This document shows positions 48,759 to 58,485 of a stretch of DNA of 64,000 nt, one piece after another. A model generated the notes under the pieces. That model was not told the origin of the DNA. It saw only the letters and a list, made by a program, of their open reading frames with translations, and searched no databases. The position numbers and the translations under genes are program-made. The DNA comes from a virus: IMG/VR virus record IMGVR_UViG_3300022903_000002, positions 41,083 through 105,082 of that record; one strand, given 5' to 3'. The stretch's first letter is position 1. Every line of letters starts with the position of its first letter.

Positions 48759-48890
48759 ATGGGCGCACACGGCGGCGGTGGCAACTCGGACGGCAAAGGC
48801 GGGGACGGGAACAACCCGCGAGGTGGCTCCCACAGCGGCGGTTCCGGATCCGGCGGTAACGCCGGCGACGGCAACAAGCCCGGCAAGTGA
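48759..48890 (+). CDS. Gly-rich RiPP precursor peptide (imiditide/pamtide type), 43 aa
   Basis: MGAHGGGGNSDGKGGDGNNPRGGSHSGGSGSGGNAGDGNKPGK; GGAGG RBS; GTGA overlap with the PIMT gene; three DG sites. Confidence 0.8.
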   Translation: MGAHGGGGNSDGKGGDGNNPRGGSHSGGSGSGGNAGDGNKPGK

Positions 48891-50059
48891 CACCTGGCGA
48901 CCTCGCCGCACGCATCGACCGCCTGTGCGACCAGCTCGTCTCCAGCGGGGATCTACGAAGCCCTGTCTGGCGGGCTGCATTCCACGCGGTCCCGCGGCAC
49001 CTGTTCGTCCCTGACAGGGCCTGGGCTTCCCCGAACGGCCCCGAAGCCGGCTACTCGATCGACCGTTCCTCCGACATGGACGGCTGGCTCGACGCCGTGT
49101 ACTCCGACGCCGCGATCATCACCCAACGCAACGACGGGCGAGCGGACGTCAACGGCGGTGGTGAACCGTCGAGTTCATGCTCCGCGCCGGCGACCGTCGC
49201 AGAGTTCCTCGAGTATCTGACCCCGGACGACTTCAACCGGGTCCTCGAGATCGGCACAGGAACCGGCTGGACTGCGGCGCTACTGTCGCACCGGGTCCGG
49301 GCCTGCAACGTCACATCCATCGATATCGATCCGGTCGTGTCCGAGACGGCAGCGAAGAACCTCGCGGAGACGGACTACCATCCGCGGCTGATCGTGGGCG
49401 ACGGGACGGCCGGCCACGGGTCCGGGGCGCCGTTCGACCGGGTTCATGTGGCGGTGGGCGTCGCGGACATCCCTCATGCGTGGGTCGACCAGACACGCCC
49501 GGGTGGGGTGATCGTGTTGCCGTTCATGCCCGGGTACGGCTTCGGGTGGCTCGCCCGCCTGCACGTCCTCGGTGACGGCACGGCGGTGGGCCGGTTCGTT
49601 GGGTCTGCCGGGTACATGATGCTCCGCGGGCAGCGTCCGGCATGCCGGGCGATCCCAGATCTGCCGAAGGCCGGGCTGGTCGAGTCGACTACGCGACTGG
49701 ATCCGCGGCGGGTCCACACGGACACGAACGTCGACCTGTTCATCGCTGCGTCGATGCCGGGCGTTCAGGAGCGCCTCTTCTACGGCGACGGTGATGCGGC
49801 GGACGAGTGCACGCTGTGGCTCATCGAGTCGGGTGACACGGGGTCGTGGGCGTCCGTGGACTACGTCCCGGGCCGGGCCGAGTTCGTCGTGGAGCAGTAC
49901 GGTGCGCGCCGTCTGTGGGACGAGGTTGAGGGGACGTACATGCGGTGGCTTGGCTGGGGGCGGCCGGGCATCGAACGGCTCGGGCTAACGGTCTCACCGG
50001 ACGGCCAGTACGTGTGGTTGGACTCCCCGGACCGCGTGTTGACGCCGGGTGGGGGATGA
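48887..50059 (+). CDS. RiPP-type protein-L-isoaspartyl O-methyltransferase homologue with C-terminal domain
   Basis: VPRHLF, SSSCSAP, VLEIGTGTGW, YMMLR, and C-terminal QYG.RRLWDEVE..W..GRP..LGLTV..GQ.VWLD. Confidence 0.9.
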   Translation: MTPGDLAARIDRLCDQLVSSGDLRSPVWRAAFHAVPRHLFVPDRAWASPNGPEAGYSIDRSSDMDGWLDAVYSDAAIITQRNDGRADVNGGGEPSSSCSAPATVAEFLEYLTPDDFNRVLEIGTGTGWTAALLSHRVRACNVTSIDIDPVVSETAAKNLAETDYHPRLIVGDGTAGHGSGAPFDRVHVAVGVADIPHAWVDQTRPGGVIVLPFMPGYGFGWLARLHVLGDGTAVGRFVGSAGYMMLRGQRPACRAIPDLPKAGLVESTTRLDPRRVHTDTNVDLFIAASMPGVQERLFYGDGDAADECTLWLIESGDTGSWASVDYVPGRAEFVVEQYGARRLWDEVEGTYMRWLGWGRPGIERLGLTVSPDGQYVWLDSPDRVLTPGGG

Positions 50060-50356
50060 CCTCGACGAGGCTCGTCACGTCAACGAGGGCGAGCGCCTGG
50101 TCCATTTCGCTGCGGCGGTAGTAGCCACGCCCGAGGAGGATGCGGTGGTGCCAGGACACCCTGATCCACTGCTGCGGGCCGTGGCCACGGTCGAGGACAA
50201 CTATCTCAAGGCGTCGTCCGTCTGCGTCGACCATGACCATGGCGGACAGAGTACCTACCTGGCAAAATGCGGTGTGGAGCTTAGCGCCCCCGCTTACTAC
50301 TGGCCGGCGGGGGACTTCCAGGCGAACTTGTTGTTCCGGTTCAGGTCCCGCATCGG

Positions 50357-52079
50357 TCAGTCCTCCAGCTTGATCGCTCGCAGGGCCGCGTTGACCCGCT
50401 GCTCCCGTGCCGTGTTCGCGTGACTCGGGCGCGGCTTGCAGCAGGCAAGCTGCACACGCCATCGATCCTTGCCGAGATGGTCAGGAACGAGCTTCCACGA
50501 CGCGGTTGTCGGTTCATCCACGATCAGTTCGAAGCCGCGCCACTGCAGTTCGGCGTTCCGGCCTACCTGCTCCAGCACGATCAGTTCCAGTGTCCGGCCG
50601 GCAAGGCGAAGGAACTCTGCGACGAGGATGCGATGAACGGCTGCGGCATAGCGCTGGGCGGCCTGCTCTGTGATCGTCGCCATCGGGTCAGTCCTCAACT
50701 TCCTGCCAGTCGGACACGACCGTGTGTGTCGTGGCGTCGTAACTCAGGACGACGAGGACGCCCTCGCCTCGCTCGTTCTCCACGATCGCGTCCTCGGCAT
50801 CCTCGCGCGAACCGAAGGGGAAGACGACACCTGTCTTCCAGCGGGCGCCGTACTGCTGCTTAATCTCGGGCTGCTTCTTGCGTGTGGCCATCAGTCAGCG
50901 CTCCAGCTCTGCCAGGTAGGCGTTCAGGCTCTCGACCGTTGCCCGGAGATGCTGGACATTGATGACACCGCCGGTCTTGAGGATCTCGGCGGCCTTCTGG
51001 ACGTCCCAGAGCGCGCGGTAGTAGGGCCTGTCGTCCGCCGCCGTGTTGGTACTCATCTCGTTTTCCTTTGCTGCTGGGGGATGGTCTTGTCTGGTGCCCT
51101 CCCGTGTCTCGCTCACGGTGCCCGGCAGACCGGGAAAGGGCTGTGGAGGTCAGAAGAACTCGTGCCGGACGAACAGGACGCCTTCTTCCATCCACTCACC
51201 CCTCTCGGCGCGCGGACGGCGGATGTTCCGGCGGCCCGGCTCCGTGGGAACTACCTCTGCGATCATCTCCTCCGGGCTGTACTCAACGCCGTGCTCGGCG
51301 AAGATCCGGTGACCAGCCAGCATCGCCTTCCAGTCGGCGAAACTGTCGACACCCTCGGGGGCCTTGGCCGTGAAGTGCCCGGCGGCCCACTTGCCGATGT
51401 GGTCTGCCTCGTTGTCGGGGCTGTCGAGGTAGTAGTTGGTGCTCATCCGGAACTCCTTCTCACTGGGGGTCGTATCTGGTGCCCCCCCGCGTCGTGAACG
51501 CGGAGCCGGTCTCACCGGAAAGGGCTAGGAATCAGGCTTTACCAGCTGCGGCGTCCCGAGACGACACGATCCGCATGCTCCCAGGCGCCCTTCACGTCGA
51601 ACCCCCACCCGCGCGCCTCATCGAAAGCGGCGGCCCAGAGGTTCTTCTCGATGTCCTTGATCTCCACCGCACGGTCTCCTCGCTCGTTTCGGGGCTGGCT
51701 GATGCAGGCAGGCAAGGTCACCCGCAGGTCGGGCACGCCTCGTTGTTGTGCTCGACACCGCACCCACGGCACCTGTGGAACGACGCCCAGTACGCCTTCG
51801 CGTCGATGCGAGTGAGGGAGGACTCGCGGACCCCGCGGAGCTGAACGTCCCGGTCCGGGTCGGTGGCGAAGGCGATGTCGTAGTGGCCACACATGGCGCC
51901 GACGATCACGACCGTGCCGTGGTAGTTCGGCTTGGAGCCGTGGTACTCGGCGACGTCTCCGACCCGGAGCGTCATGGTCGCAGCGGTCATCTCGGTCTCC
52001 TCGGGTCGCAGTGGCGGGTGACCTCTACCCAGACCGTGTCGCCGGTGTGGGGGTCGGTTCCGATCTCGGTGCGGGTCAT
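50357..52079 (-). CDS. Leftward operon of small genes (50357-50683, 50688-50891, 50895-51056, 51150-51446, 51539-51667, 51718-51990, 51987-52079)
   Basis: Strong RBSs and a promoter at 52111-52140; no functions recognised. Confidence 0.6.
51092..51142 (-). ncRNA. Mini-tRNA-like element A ending in ACCA
   Basis: GCCCTT/GAGGGC stem, CCCGG hairpin, CCGTG-7nt-CACGG hairpin, then ACCA. Confidence 0.6.
51477..51526 (-). ncRNA. Mini-tRNA-like element B ending in ACCA
   Basis: GCCCTT/GGGGGC stem, CCGG hairpin, CCGCG-7nt-CGCGG hairpin, then ACCA. Confidence 0.6.
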
Positions 52080-52096
52080 CCGTACTCCCTCGTGCT

Positions 52097-52173
52097 GTTT
52101 CTGTACTAACAGATTAAGGCTCGACATGCTGGTCATGCAAGGGTTCAGCTGATATTTTTGTGAGTACAGAAAC
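52097..52173. promoter_or_regulatory. Leftward promoter with inverted operator pair
   Basis: Minus-strand TTGCAT-N18-TAATCT; 14/15 inverted repeat at 52097-52111 / 52159-52173. Confidence 0.65.
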
Positions 52174-52237
52174 TGATCTCCAGCGGGAGGGTACGGCTAT
52201 GATTCCGTTCTCACAGAAACCAGCCCCGAGGAGCGCC

Positions 52238-52453
52238 GTGCCACGCCCGCCAACAGGCGAAACCCCGATCCAGCACACCCGGGTTGACCAAGACGATTGG
52301 GACGACCTGGAGTCGGCGGTCGGACGCCAGCGCGCGAGGATCGTGCGCGACCTCATCCGCTGGTACCTGCGACGACCTGGCGCGGCATTGCCTGAGCGCC
52401 CATCCCGCGAACAGATCGCCGAAATCGCGCGGGCGCGGATCACGGGCGAATGA
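52238..52453 (+). CDS. Ribbon-helix-helix-like regulator
   Basis: PRPPTGETP....RV....W......R..IVRDLIRWYL. Confidence 0.6.
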   Translation: MPRPPTGETPIQHTRVDQDDWDDLESAVGRQRARIVRDLIRWYLRRPGAALPERPSREQIAEIARARITGE

Positions 52454-52773
52454 GCCGAGGGACCGCCGTCTACCGCCTCTACGATGCCGCCGACGTTCTC
52501 CTGTATGTGGGGGTAGCGAACAGGCCCGACGAGCGCTGGGGAACACACCGGAATAAACCCTGGTGGTCTCAGGTGGCACGGACCGAGATCGAGTGGCATC
52601 CGACCCGGGACATTGCGCTGCGGTGTGAAGCCGCAGTGATCCACGAGAAGAATCCGCTCCATAACCAGGTGGTCCCGAATCTGGATGGGTCAACAAAAGG
52701 GGCTCGTCTTCGGAGTGACGCATCATGCCTCGCTATACGGCGTGGTCCTCGCCCCCGGAAGAGCCGGGGCTGA
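52450..52773 (+). CDS. GIY-YIG nuclease domain protein
   Basis: VYRLYD....LLYVG.....R...H ... E...I....P..N. Confidence 0.8.
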   Translation: MSRGTAVYRLYDAADVLLYVGVANRPDERWGTHRNKPWWSQVARTEIEWHPTRDIALRCEAAVIHEKNPLHNQVVPNLDGSTKGARLRSDASCLAIRRGPRPRKSRG

Positions 52774-52831
52774 GAGAGAGCCGGGCCCGCTGCCACCCCT
52801 CAAGCGGAAACGGGCCCGGCGGTCTATGGGG

Positions 52832-54012
52832 TTACGCAGCGACCGTGACATCAGCAGCAGCGAGGACCCGGTCACGCCACTCCCGATACCGGGCCATCTC
52901 CTCCTCCGCCGCACCCTCAGCCAGGAGCTCACGCCCGAGGTCATGGACCGCGAGGATCTCAATGGTCGACGTCTCATCCATTGCCGTCTCCCGATGGAAC
53001 CTCGACGGTGAAGTACCTGTAGCCGGCATCATTCCCGGTCCGGGTGCCGGGGCTGTCCGCACGCCACACGACGATCCCCACATCCCGCATGGCCGTGACG
53101 AGCCGCTCAACGTCATCGTTGTTGCCGCGGAGGCTCATCTTCGCGATGCCGGGCACGAGCGTGACCCCGGAGCGCTCACGATCCTCAGCGCGTGGCGAGG
53201 GTTCGCTGGCGCGCACGGCAAGCGCCTCATGCTTCGTGCGTTCCCACGAGTCGGAGGCGTAGCGGCTCTGATCTTCGCTCACGGCCCGCTCAACCGCGGT
53301 CCCGGCGGCGCGTCGCTGGAGAGACTCGCACGTCACGTTGCCTGCCTCGACGATGTCCTCGTATGTGGAGGTCACCCAGTGGTCGCCCCGGCAGGTCTGC
53401 ACGAGACGCTCGACGCGGATGGCCGGCTCATTGAGGCTGGACACCGACAAGTACGCCTCTACCGCGGACTCGCGTACCGTGCCCGAGTACAGGACGTCCT
53501 CGCCTGGGTGCTTCACGGTGTAGCGGTAGTCGCTCATCGGCCGCTCACCCCTGTGGCCCGGCCGTCGCCATCCACCTGCCCCTGGAGTTCACGGGCCTGC
53601 CGCCATGCAGCAGAGGCGACCTCCCGCGACTCCTCATCCCCGTGCTCGCAGGCGATGAGCGTCAGCGTCTCGGCCTTGCGGCGCTGGTAGGGGAGAAGCT
53701 CGGCGGCAGGGACACCGTGGCGCTGCCCGAAGGCGGTGGCGATACGGGCGATCTCGCCGATCTCGGCGGCCAGACTCTGGGCGCTCACTGCTCCACCGCC
53801 TCGTGGTCGTCGCAGGCGAAGAGCGGGGAGTTGTCAGGCAGCGACCCGATGAACGTCTTCGGTCCGATGAGGGCGCGCTGGCAGTTCGCGTACACGCACC
53901 GCATGCCGGAGCGCTGGGCGAGGGTGAGGTTGGCGGGGTCGATCACTCGGCCTGGTTCGGCGGCCAGCAAACTTGGAGTCATTTCGACTGAGTCGAAAAT
54001 CGCGTCGCTCAC
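52832..54012 (-). CDS. Small hypothetical genes (52832-52981, 52974-53537, 53534-53788, 53785-54012)
   Basis: Coupled ORFs downstream of the HNH gene. Confidence 0.55.
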
Positions 54013-54542
54013 GAAGCCACCTCCGTAACAGCTCCCAGTCGCTGCGCTCTCTTGCGCTCGGCTCGCTTACGCTCCCATTCGTTGTGGCACTTGCGGCACT
54101 TCCGCTCGCCGTGCGACCCGAGCTTGATGTTCTCGGGGGTATAGGCATGGCCGGCGGGGCATTCAGTCTTCAGGGTCTGCCAGTTCTTCCGCTGACCCTC
54201 TGTATTTATGCGGCCCCTGTTCACCTCAGGTGTTACTGCACGGAGGTGGAACGGGTTGCAGCAAGACCGGTGAGGGCACCTGTCTCCTGCGACACAACTC
54301 GGATTCCAGCTATGGCAGATGTGGTCGATCTCCAGGCCAGGAGATATCGGTCCCACCATCTGCTCATAGACGAACCGATGTGGCCGGATCGTGGTGGTCT
54401 TTCCGCCACCCAGCCCGATGGAATGGATCCCGTAGCCTCGGCCGTTCTGTGTGCCGAGCCACGGCCAACATTCGTCGGGACCTCGTTTTTGGATCCGGGA
54501 CCAGATCCGGTCCGCGAGTGGGATGCGAGATGCGCGCGACAT
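54009..54542 (-). CDS. HNH endonuclease with zinc finger
   Basis: ECWPW.G, HRF.YE, IDHIC..CCNPFHL..VT...N, CPAGH, CRKC. Confidence 0.85.
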   Translation of the reverse strand: MSRASRIPLADRIWSRIQKRGPDECWPWLGTQNGRGYGIHSIGLGGGKTTTIRPHRFVYEQMVGPISPGLEIDHICHSWNPSCVAGDRCPHRSCCNPFHLRAVTPEVNRGRINTEGQRKNWQTLKTECPAGHAYTPENIKLGSHGERKCRKCHNEWERKRAERKRAQRLGAVTEVAS

Positions 54543-54559
54543 CAGGTTGACCTCCGGTC

Positions 54560-54797
54560 GGGAGCACGGGGAGCACGGACGTGCTTTTCGGGGGTGCTCT
54601 CGGTCCTCTGCTGTCCGAGCCTGTCCGGTCTCAACCAGGAGATTTAGGGTCTGACCTGCGTGGAGGTTTAGGGAAACCTCGTTCACACCGAAGAGGTCAC
54701 TGGTTCGAACCCAGTATCGCCCACCCAAGGTCAGGCCCGCTTTTCCGGTCAGGACAAGATCGGCTAGAGCGGTTCTCGGGAGCACATCTGGGAGCAC
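54560..54797. other. attP: core is the 3' half of tRNA-Val(CAC) (~54679-54725), flanked by GGGAGCAC arm repeats
   Basis: TCGTTCACACCGAAGAGGTCACTGGTTCGAACCCAGTATCGCCCACC; arm repeats at 54560, 54569, 54778 and 54790. Confidence 0.9.
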
Positions 54798-54826
54798 GGT
54801 AACACGGCAGAGAGACATTTCGCCTG

Positions 54827-56308
54827 TCATGCGGTCCCACCATCCGTGTCGCTGAGCAGCTTGTGTAGCAACGGTACGGGCGATGTCGGACAGATCTCCC
54901 GACGTGCAGCGAGTGTTCTCAACCACCGACGTTGCAGCGCATCGATCAGTTCCGCTCGCATCGCGTCGGACACATGGGTATACCGGCCGCCCATGCCTGG
55001 CTCGCGGTGCCCCATCCGCTCACGCTGCAGAATCCGCGGGATGCGGTCTTCTTCCATGTGCGTGTTGTGTCCATGCCGAAGCCCGTGCGGAACGACGCCC
55101 TTCTTGACGGGTAGCCACGACGCGAGCGCAACATCCTCGGGGATCCGGGAGCGCCCTTTACCCTGCCCGACCGCGGGCGGGGAGAAAGGAACACCGGGTT
55201 CGGCCATCGGCCATGCCTGTAGCGGTCGTCCCGGCCACGGATCTGCGTCGACCAAGACAGGTCTTGCCGGCACCTCAACGTCGCCGCGCTTGCGGGCAGG
55301 GTAGATGCCGTCCCAAGCCGGATGCCAAAACCGGCGCGCGTAGTTGCTTCGACGGAAGTGTCCACCATTTGGTCCCAAGAAGACCCAGCCGGTGCCGCCG
55401 CAGTCTCTGCCACGTCCATCGCACTCGCATCGCCCGCTGTGTTCGCCCGAGACGCCCTGGAGAAGATCGTGGAGGAACGGGGGCAGATCGACCCGGGAGA
55501 TGCCGTCGCCGGGGTCGTGCGTGCGGTAGGAGTCGCTCTTAAGCGGCTCGCGGAGGAACTTCCCTGCGACCTCAGGTAGTTGCCAGTCGAGCTCGTAGAA
55601 GTATCCGACGCCGTCAGCCTGGAGGTACTTCCGCTGCATCCCCTGGACCTCAGCCCACCGCATGCCTGTCCAGCCGATGGTGACGACCATGGCGAAGTCC
55701 AGGTCCCGGCCGGACAGGACCGAGATCCGCTCCGCGGCGAGTACCACCTCGAGCGAGGAGGGCCACTTCTTCGCTGCACGGCCGCGCCCCACTCTCCCCG
55801 AGCGACGGCCGCGAGCTCGAGGTGGCCGGGCGGCTGCGTTGGTTCTCAGGTTCGTGTTCGGGTCGAGAGCAGCGTCTCCGAGGATGGTGAACAGAAGGCT
55901 CCGTGCAGACGCGGCGGTGGTGGCGGCGTAATCGCGTTTGATGCCGTTCTCCCACACTGTGATCTCCAGTGTGGTGAGCGTCTCGAGAGTGCGGCCCCCG
56001 AACGCGGGCAGGATGAACGCTTCGATGTACCAGCGGTAGTTGTTGGTGGTGTTCCGGCTGAGATCTTGCGCCGGCCACCACATGTTGACCCATGTACTCA
56101 CCGTCAGGCTCTCTGGGCTGGCTGGATCGATAGGTGCTGCCTGGCCGAGCTGCTCCCAGCCGTACTTCTCAGCAGCGACTTTGTCGGCGAATGGCACGCC
56201 TTCGCCGTCGCGGGTGGCGGAGCGTAGGTCACCGTTCTGGTCGGGCCAGCGGACACGCCAGCGGTCGCCACGTCGCTCGACGAACGGGCGTCTACGGTTC
56301 GGCGGCAT
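54827..56308 (-). CDS. int: Tyrosine integrase
   Basis: N-terminal WRVRW arm-binding domain; TGMRWAE, PHGLRH, MGH......Y; adjacent to attP. Confidence 0.92.
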   Translation of the reverse strand: MPPNRRRPFVERRGDRWRVRWPDQNGDLRSATRDGEGVPFADKVAAEKYGWEQLGQAAPIDPASPESLTVSTWVNMWWPAQDLSRNTTNNYRWYIEAFILPAFGGRTLETLTTLEITVWENGIKRDYAATTAASARSLLFTILGDAALDPNTNLRTNAAARPPRARGRRSGRVGRGRAAKKWPSSLEVVLAAERISVLSGRDLDFAMVVTIGWTGMRWAEVQGMQRKYLQADGVGYFYELDWQLPEVAGKFLREPLKSDSYRTHDPGDGISRVDLPPFLHDLLQGVSGEHSGRCECDGRGRDCGGTGWVFLGPNGGHFRRSNYARRFWHPAWDGIYPARKRGDVEVPARPVLVDADPWPGRPLQAWPMAEPGVPFSPPAVGQGKGRSRIPEDVALASWLPVKKGVVPHGLRHGHNTHMEEDRIPRILQRERMGHREPGMGGRYTHVSDAMRAELIDALQRRWLRTLAARREICPTSPVPLLHKLLSDTDGGTA

Positions 56309-56317
56309 GGTCAGAGG

Positions 56318-57031
56318 TTACGGCCGGCTGCGGCTCAGGACTCTGCCGCAGCCGACCTTGATGTGAGTGACGAGGTCGACGGTGAGGCAGACGCGATGTA
56401 GCGGGGTCCTTGGTGGGACGGTCGGGGCGACTTTGACCGGCGGGGCCTTGACGGGAGGTGGTCTCACCGGCCGGGGCATCGACGGTTCTAATGCGGGCGC
56501 CTTCCCGCTCGTAGCGCGTTCGGTTGGAGTGGTCCTCTCGGGTGGTGGCGTGCTCCTGGCGGGCGGTGGCGTGTCGGTGGATGGATCTACATCTGGTGGC
56601 GTCACTAGCGGATGCGCGTGCTGCGGCGGGGGCGTTTGTCTCGGTGCCGGGGCTGCGGCGGGCGGATGACGCTGGCCCGCGTCGCTGTCGAACGCCGTCG
56701 GCACGATCGCGGCGGCGGCAACACCGGCTACTAATACTGCGGCACAGGCCGCTACGACGGCTTGCCGCTTCGGGCTCACGTGGCGGATCCCACCGGCCGG
56801 CAGCAGGAACGGGATCGCGATGCGTCGTCGCGTGGATTCGATGCCGTGCTCGGCTTTGGCCTGGGTTATGTACCGTTGCCGGGTGACCTCGTCGAGATCG
56901 CCGGCGAGCTCGATCACGAGTGTGTCCCCTGTGGTGTACACGTTGGCTTCGATACCTTCGGGTGCCTCCCGGATCTCGACCTTCAACGCTGGGTCCTCCT
57001 CGCGCGAATGGACGAGCTTGCTGCTGTCCAT
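56318..57031 (-). CDS. Single-TM protein with Pro-rich extracellular region
   Basis: TM segment VVAACAAVLVAGVAAAAIVP; Pro-rich tail; co-oriented with int. Confidence 0.6.
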   Translation of the reverse strand: MDSSKLVHSREEDPALKVEIREAPEGIEANVYTTGDTLVIELAGDLDEVTRQRYITQAKAEHGIESTRRRIAIPFLLPAGGIRHVSPKRQAVVAACAAVLVAGVAAAAIVPTAFDSDAGQRHPPAAAPAPRQTPPPQHAHPLVTPPDVDPSTDTPPPARSTPPPERTTPTERATSGKAPALEPSMPRPVRPPPVKAPPVKVAPTVPPRTPLHRVCLTVDLVTHIKVGCGRVLSRSRP

Positions 57032-57474
57032 GCGGCGTCCGCGTCGGTGCCCGGCCGGGGGAACACGACAGCTCCGTACTCGGGCAGGTCGACTCGCTGG
57101 GCGCCTTTCGCGGGGTCGACGGCGACGGCGTGGTCGATCTCTGGGGGCCGCGGGTCGCCCGGCTGGGGAGTCTCCGGTTCTGAGGCGGGTGCGCCCAGCT
57201 CCGCGAACGCGGTCGTAGCGAGGACTTTGGTGATGCCGGTGTCCTTGCGGATGGCGACGGCCCACCGGTCGAAGACGTTGGCGGCGTTGTCGACGCGTTC
57301 CTCCACTGTCGCCATCCGCCGGGCCAGTTCCTCGTGGAGAGGGTCGAAGTGTTCGGCTAGTTCCTGTCGCAGTTCTTGTTTGAGCGCTGCGATGCAGGTG
57401 TCGACATGATCGGTGATGCGTCTGCACATCAGCTCTACCGCAGGGTCGGCTGCGGGTTTGGTCTCGCGCTGCAC
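56983..57474 (-). CDS. Hypothetical coiled-coil protein
   Basis: AGGAGG RBS; 163 aa. Confidence 0.5.
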   Translation of the reverse strand: MQRETKPAADPAVELMCRRITDHVDTCIAALKQELRQELAEHFDPLHEELARRMATVEERVDNAANVFDRWAVAIRKDTGITKVLATTAFAELGAPASEPETPQPGDPRPPEIDHAVAVDPAKGAQRVDLPEYGAVVFPRPGTDADAAWTAASSSIRARRTQR

Positions 57475-57743
57475 TCCTGGTGCCTCCTGTCACATCGTTG
57501 TGGCAGACATGGCGTGCCCCCCAGGCATACGTTGGACGCTCTCACATTCCGGACGGTTGTCACAGGTTGATACGGCCATACAGGGTGTAAAGGTGCTGGT
57601 GATGACGGGTCGTCATCGTCTGTGAGCTATCGAAAATCCGTCTAATTGCGGGCAATCCGGGCCCTCTGGGGCCGGTTGGCGACCGGGTGTCCGAATCCGG
57701 ACAGGCGTGTATCGGGCGTCCGGAATCCCTCTGGTGCGCTCGC

Positions 57744-58199
57744 CTAAATGGACCGTTGATCGTCCTCGCTCTGTGTGGTCGTCTCCAGGGTGAACCGGTC
57801 ACCTGGGAGAACCTCGACCTCGCCGTCCCGCTCAACGATGAAAACCGGAACGCTCTCCGGTATGGGGCGACCCTCGGACTCACTCAAAGCTGTGCGTTCT
57901 TGCGCGGTGGGCAGCCGGCAGCTGATGGTGGCACCGGGAAGGATCTTCACGACTACACGCTCCGGCATCTCCAGTACCCGGGACCCTCGGCCGCGCTCCG
58001 TGACGATGAGGCCTTCGCTGCGAAGAACACTCAAGCCTTGCCGGATCGAGACCAGGCTCACGTCATAGCGCTCAGCCAACACCCGCTCGGGTGGGAGTAG
58101 GTGTCCTGGAGTCAGCATGCCGCTCGCGATGGCGCTGCGGATGTCGTCTGCGACCAGGTGGTATAGCGGTCGCCGGAGCGACCGTCCCCTCTGACGCAT
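57744..58199 (-). CDS. GntR-family winged-helix regulator
   Basis: PLY..VADDIR..I..G.L.PG..LP.ER.LA..Y.VS....RQ.L..L..EGLI....GRGS. Confidence 0.88.
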   Translation of the reverse strand: MRQRGRSLRRPLYHLVADDIRSAIASGMLTPGHLLPPERVLAERYDVSLVSIRQGLSVLRSEGLIVTERGRGSRVLEMPERVVVKILPGATISCRLPTAQERTALSESEGRPIPESVPVFIVERDGEVEVLPGDRFTLETTTQSEDDQRSI

Positions 58200-58363
58200 G
58201 GTCGGTCACGATAGGAGCGGGCCGTGATGGGGGCGCTGAGTGAACTTATTGCAATAAGTCGTGTCGCCTTCATGGCGTGGCGAGTTACGCTGATTCTGCG
58301 GCTAGATCACAACGGCGCCCCCGGCCGGGTCAGCCGGGGGCGCCGTCGCTTGTTGTCAGCCCG

Positions 58364-58468
58364 TCAAGGGCGCCGCACCGCCACGACCGCGATGTCTACG
58401 CAGTCGTTGCCGTTCGGTGTGCTCTTGCTGGACTTGCGCCACACAGGGGTGGTGGTGAGGTCGATCAT
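58364..58468 (-). CDS. Short DUF397-family peptide (34 aa)
   Basis: WRKSSKS..NGNDCVDIA; lacks the RDSK half. Confidence 0.7.
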   Translation of the reverse strand: MIDLTTTPVWRKSSKSTPNGNDCVDIAVVAVRRP

Positions 58469-58485
58469 GCGGCTGATCACCTCTC

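Noticed and set aside
48759-50059. Lasso peptide or graspetide cluster
   Set aside because: No lasso cyclase, peptidase or ATP-grasp ligase nearby; only precursor plus PIMT
49821-50462. 213-aa minus-strand ORF overlapping the PIMT 3' end
   Set aside because: Only ~50055-50240 looks like a real small protein; the boundaries are uncertain, so it is not listed as a feature
51092-51526. Genuine tRNA genes or simple terminators
   Set aside because: About 50 nt with no anticodon arm and no U-tract; kept only as tRNA-like elements
54660-54730. Complete tRNA-Val gene
   Set aside because: The 5' acceptor strand and D-arm are missing; it is the attP core
54543-54926. N-terminal extension of the HNH ORF (54009..54926)
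   Set aside because: It runs through attP and overlaps the integrase; a GGAGG RBS supports the start at 54542
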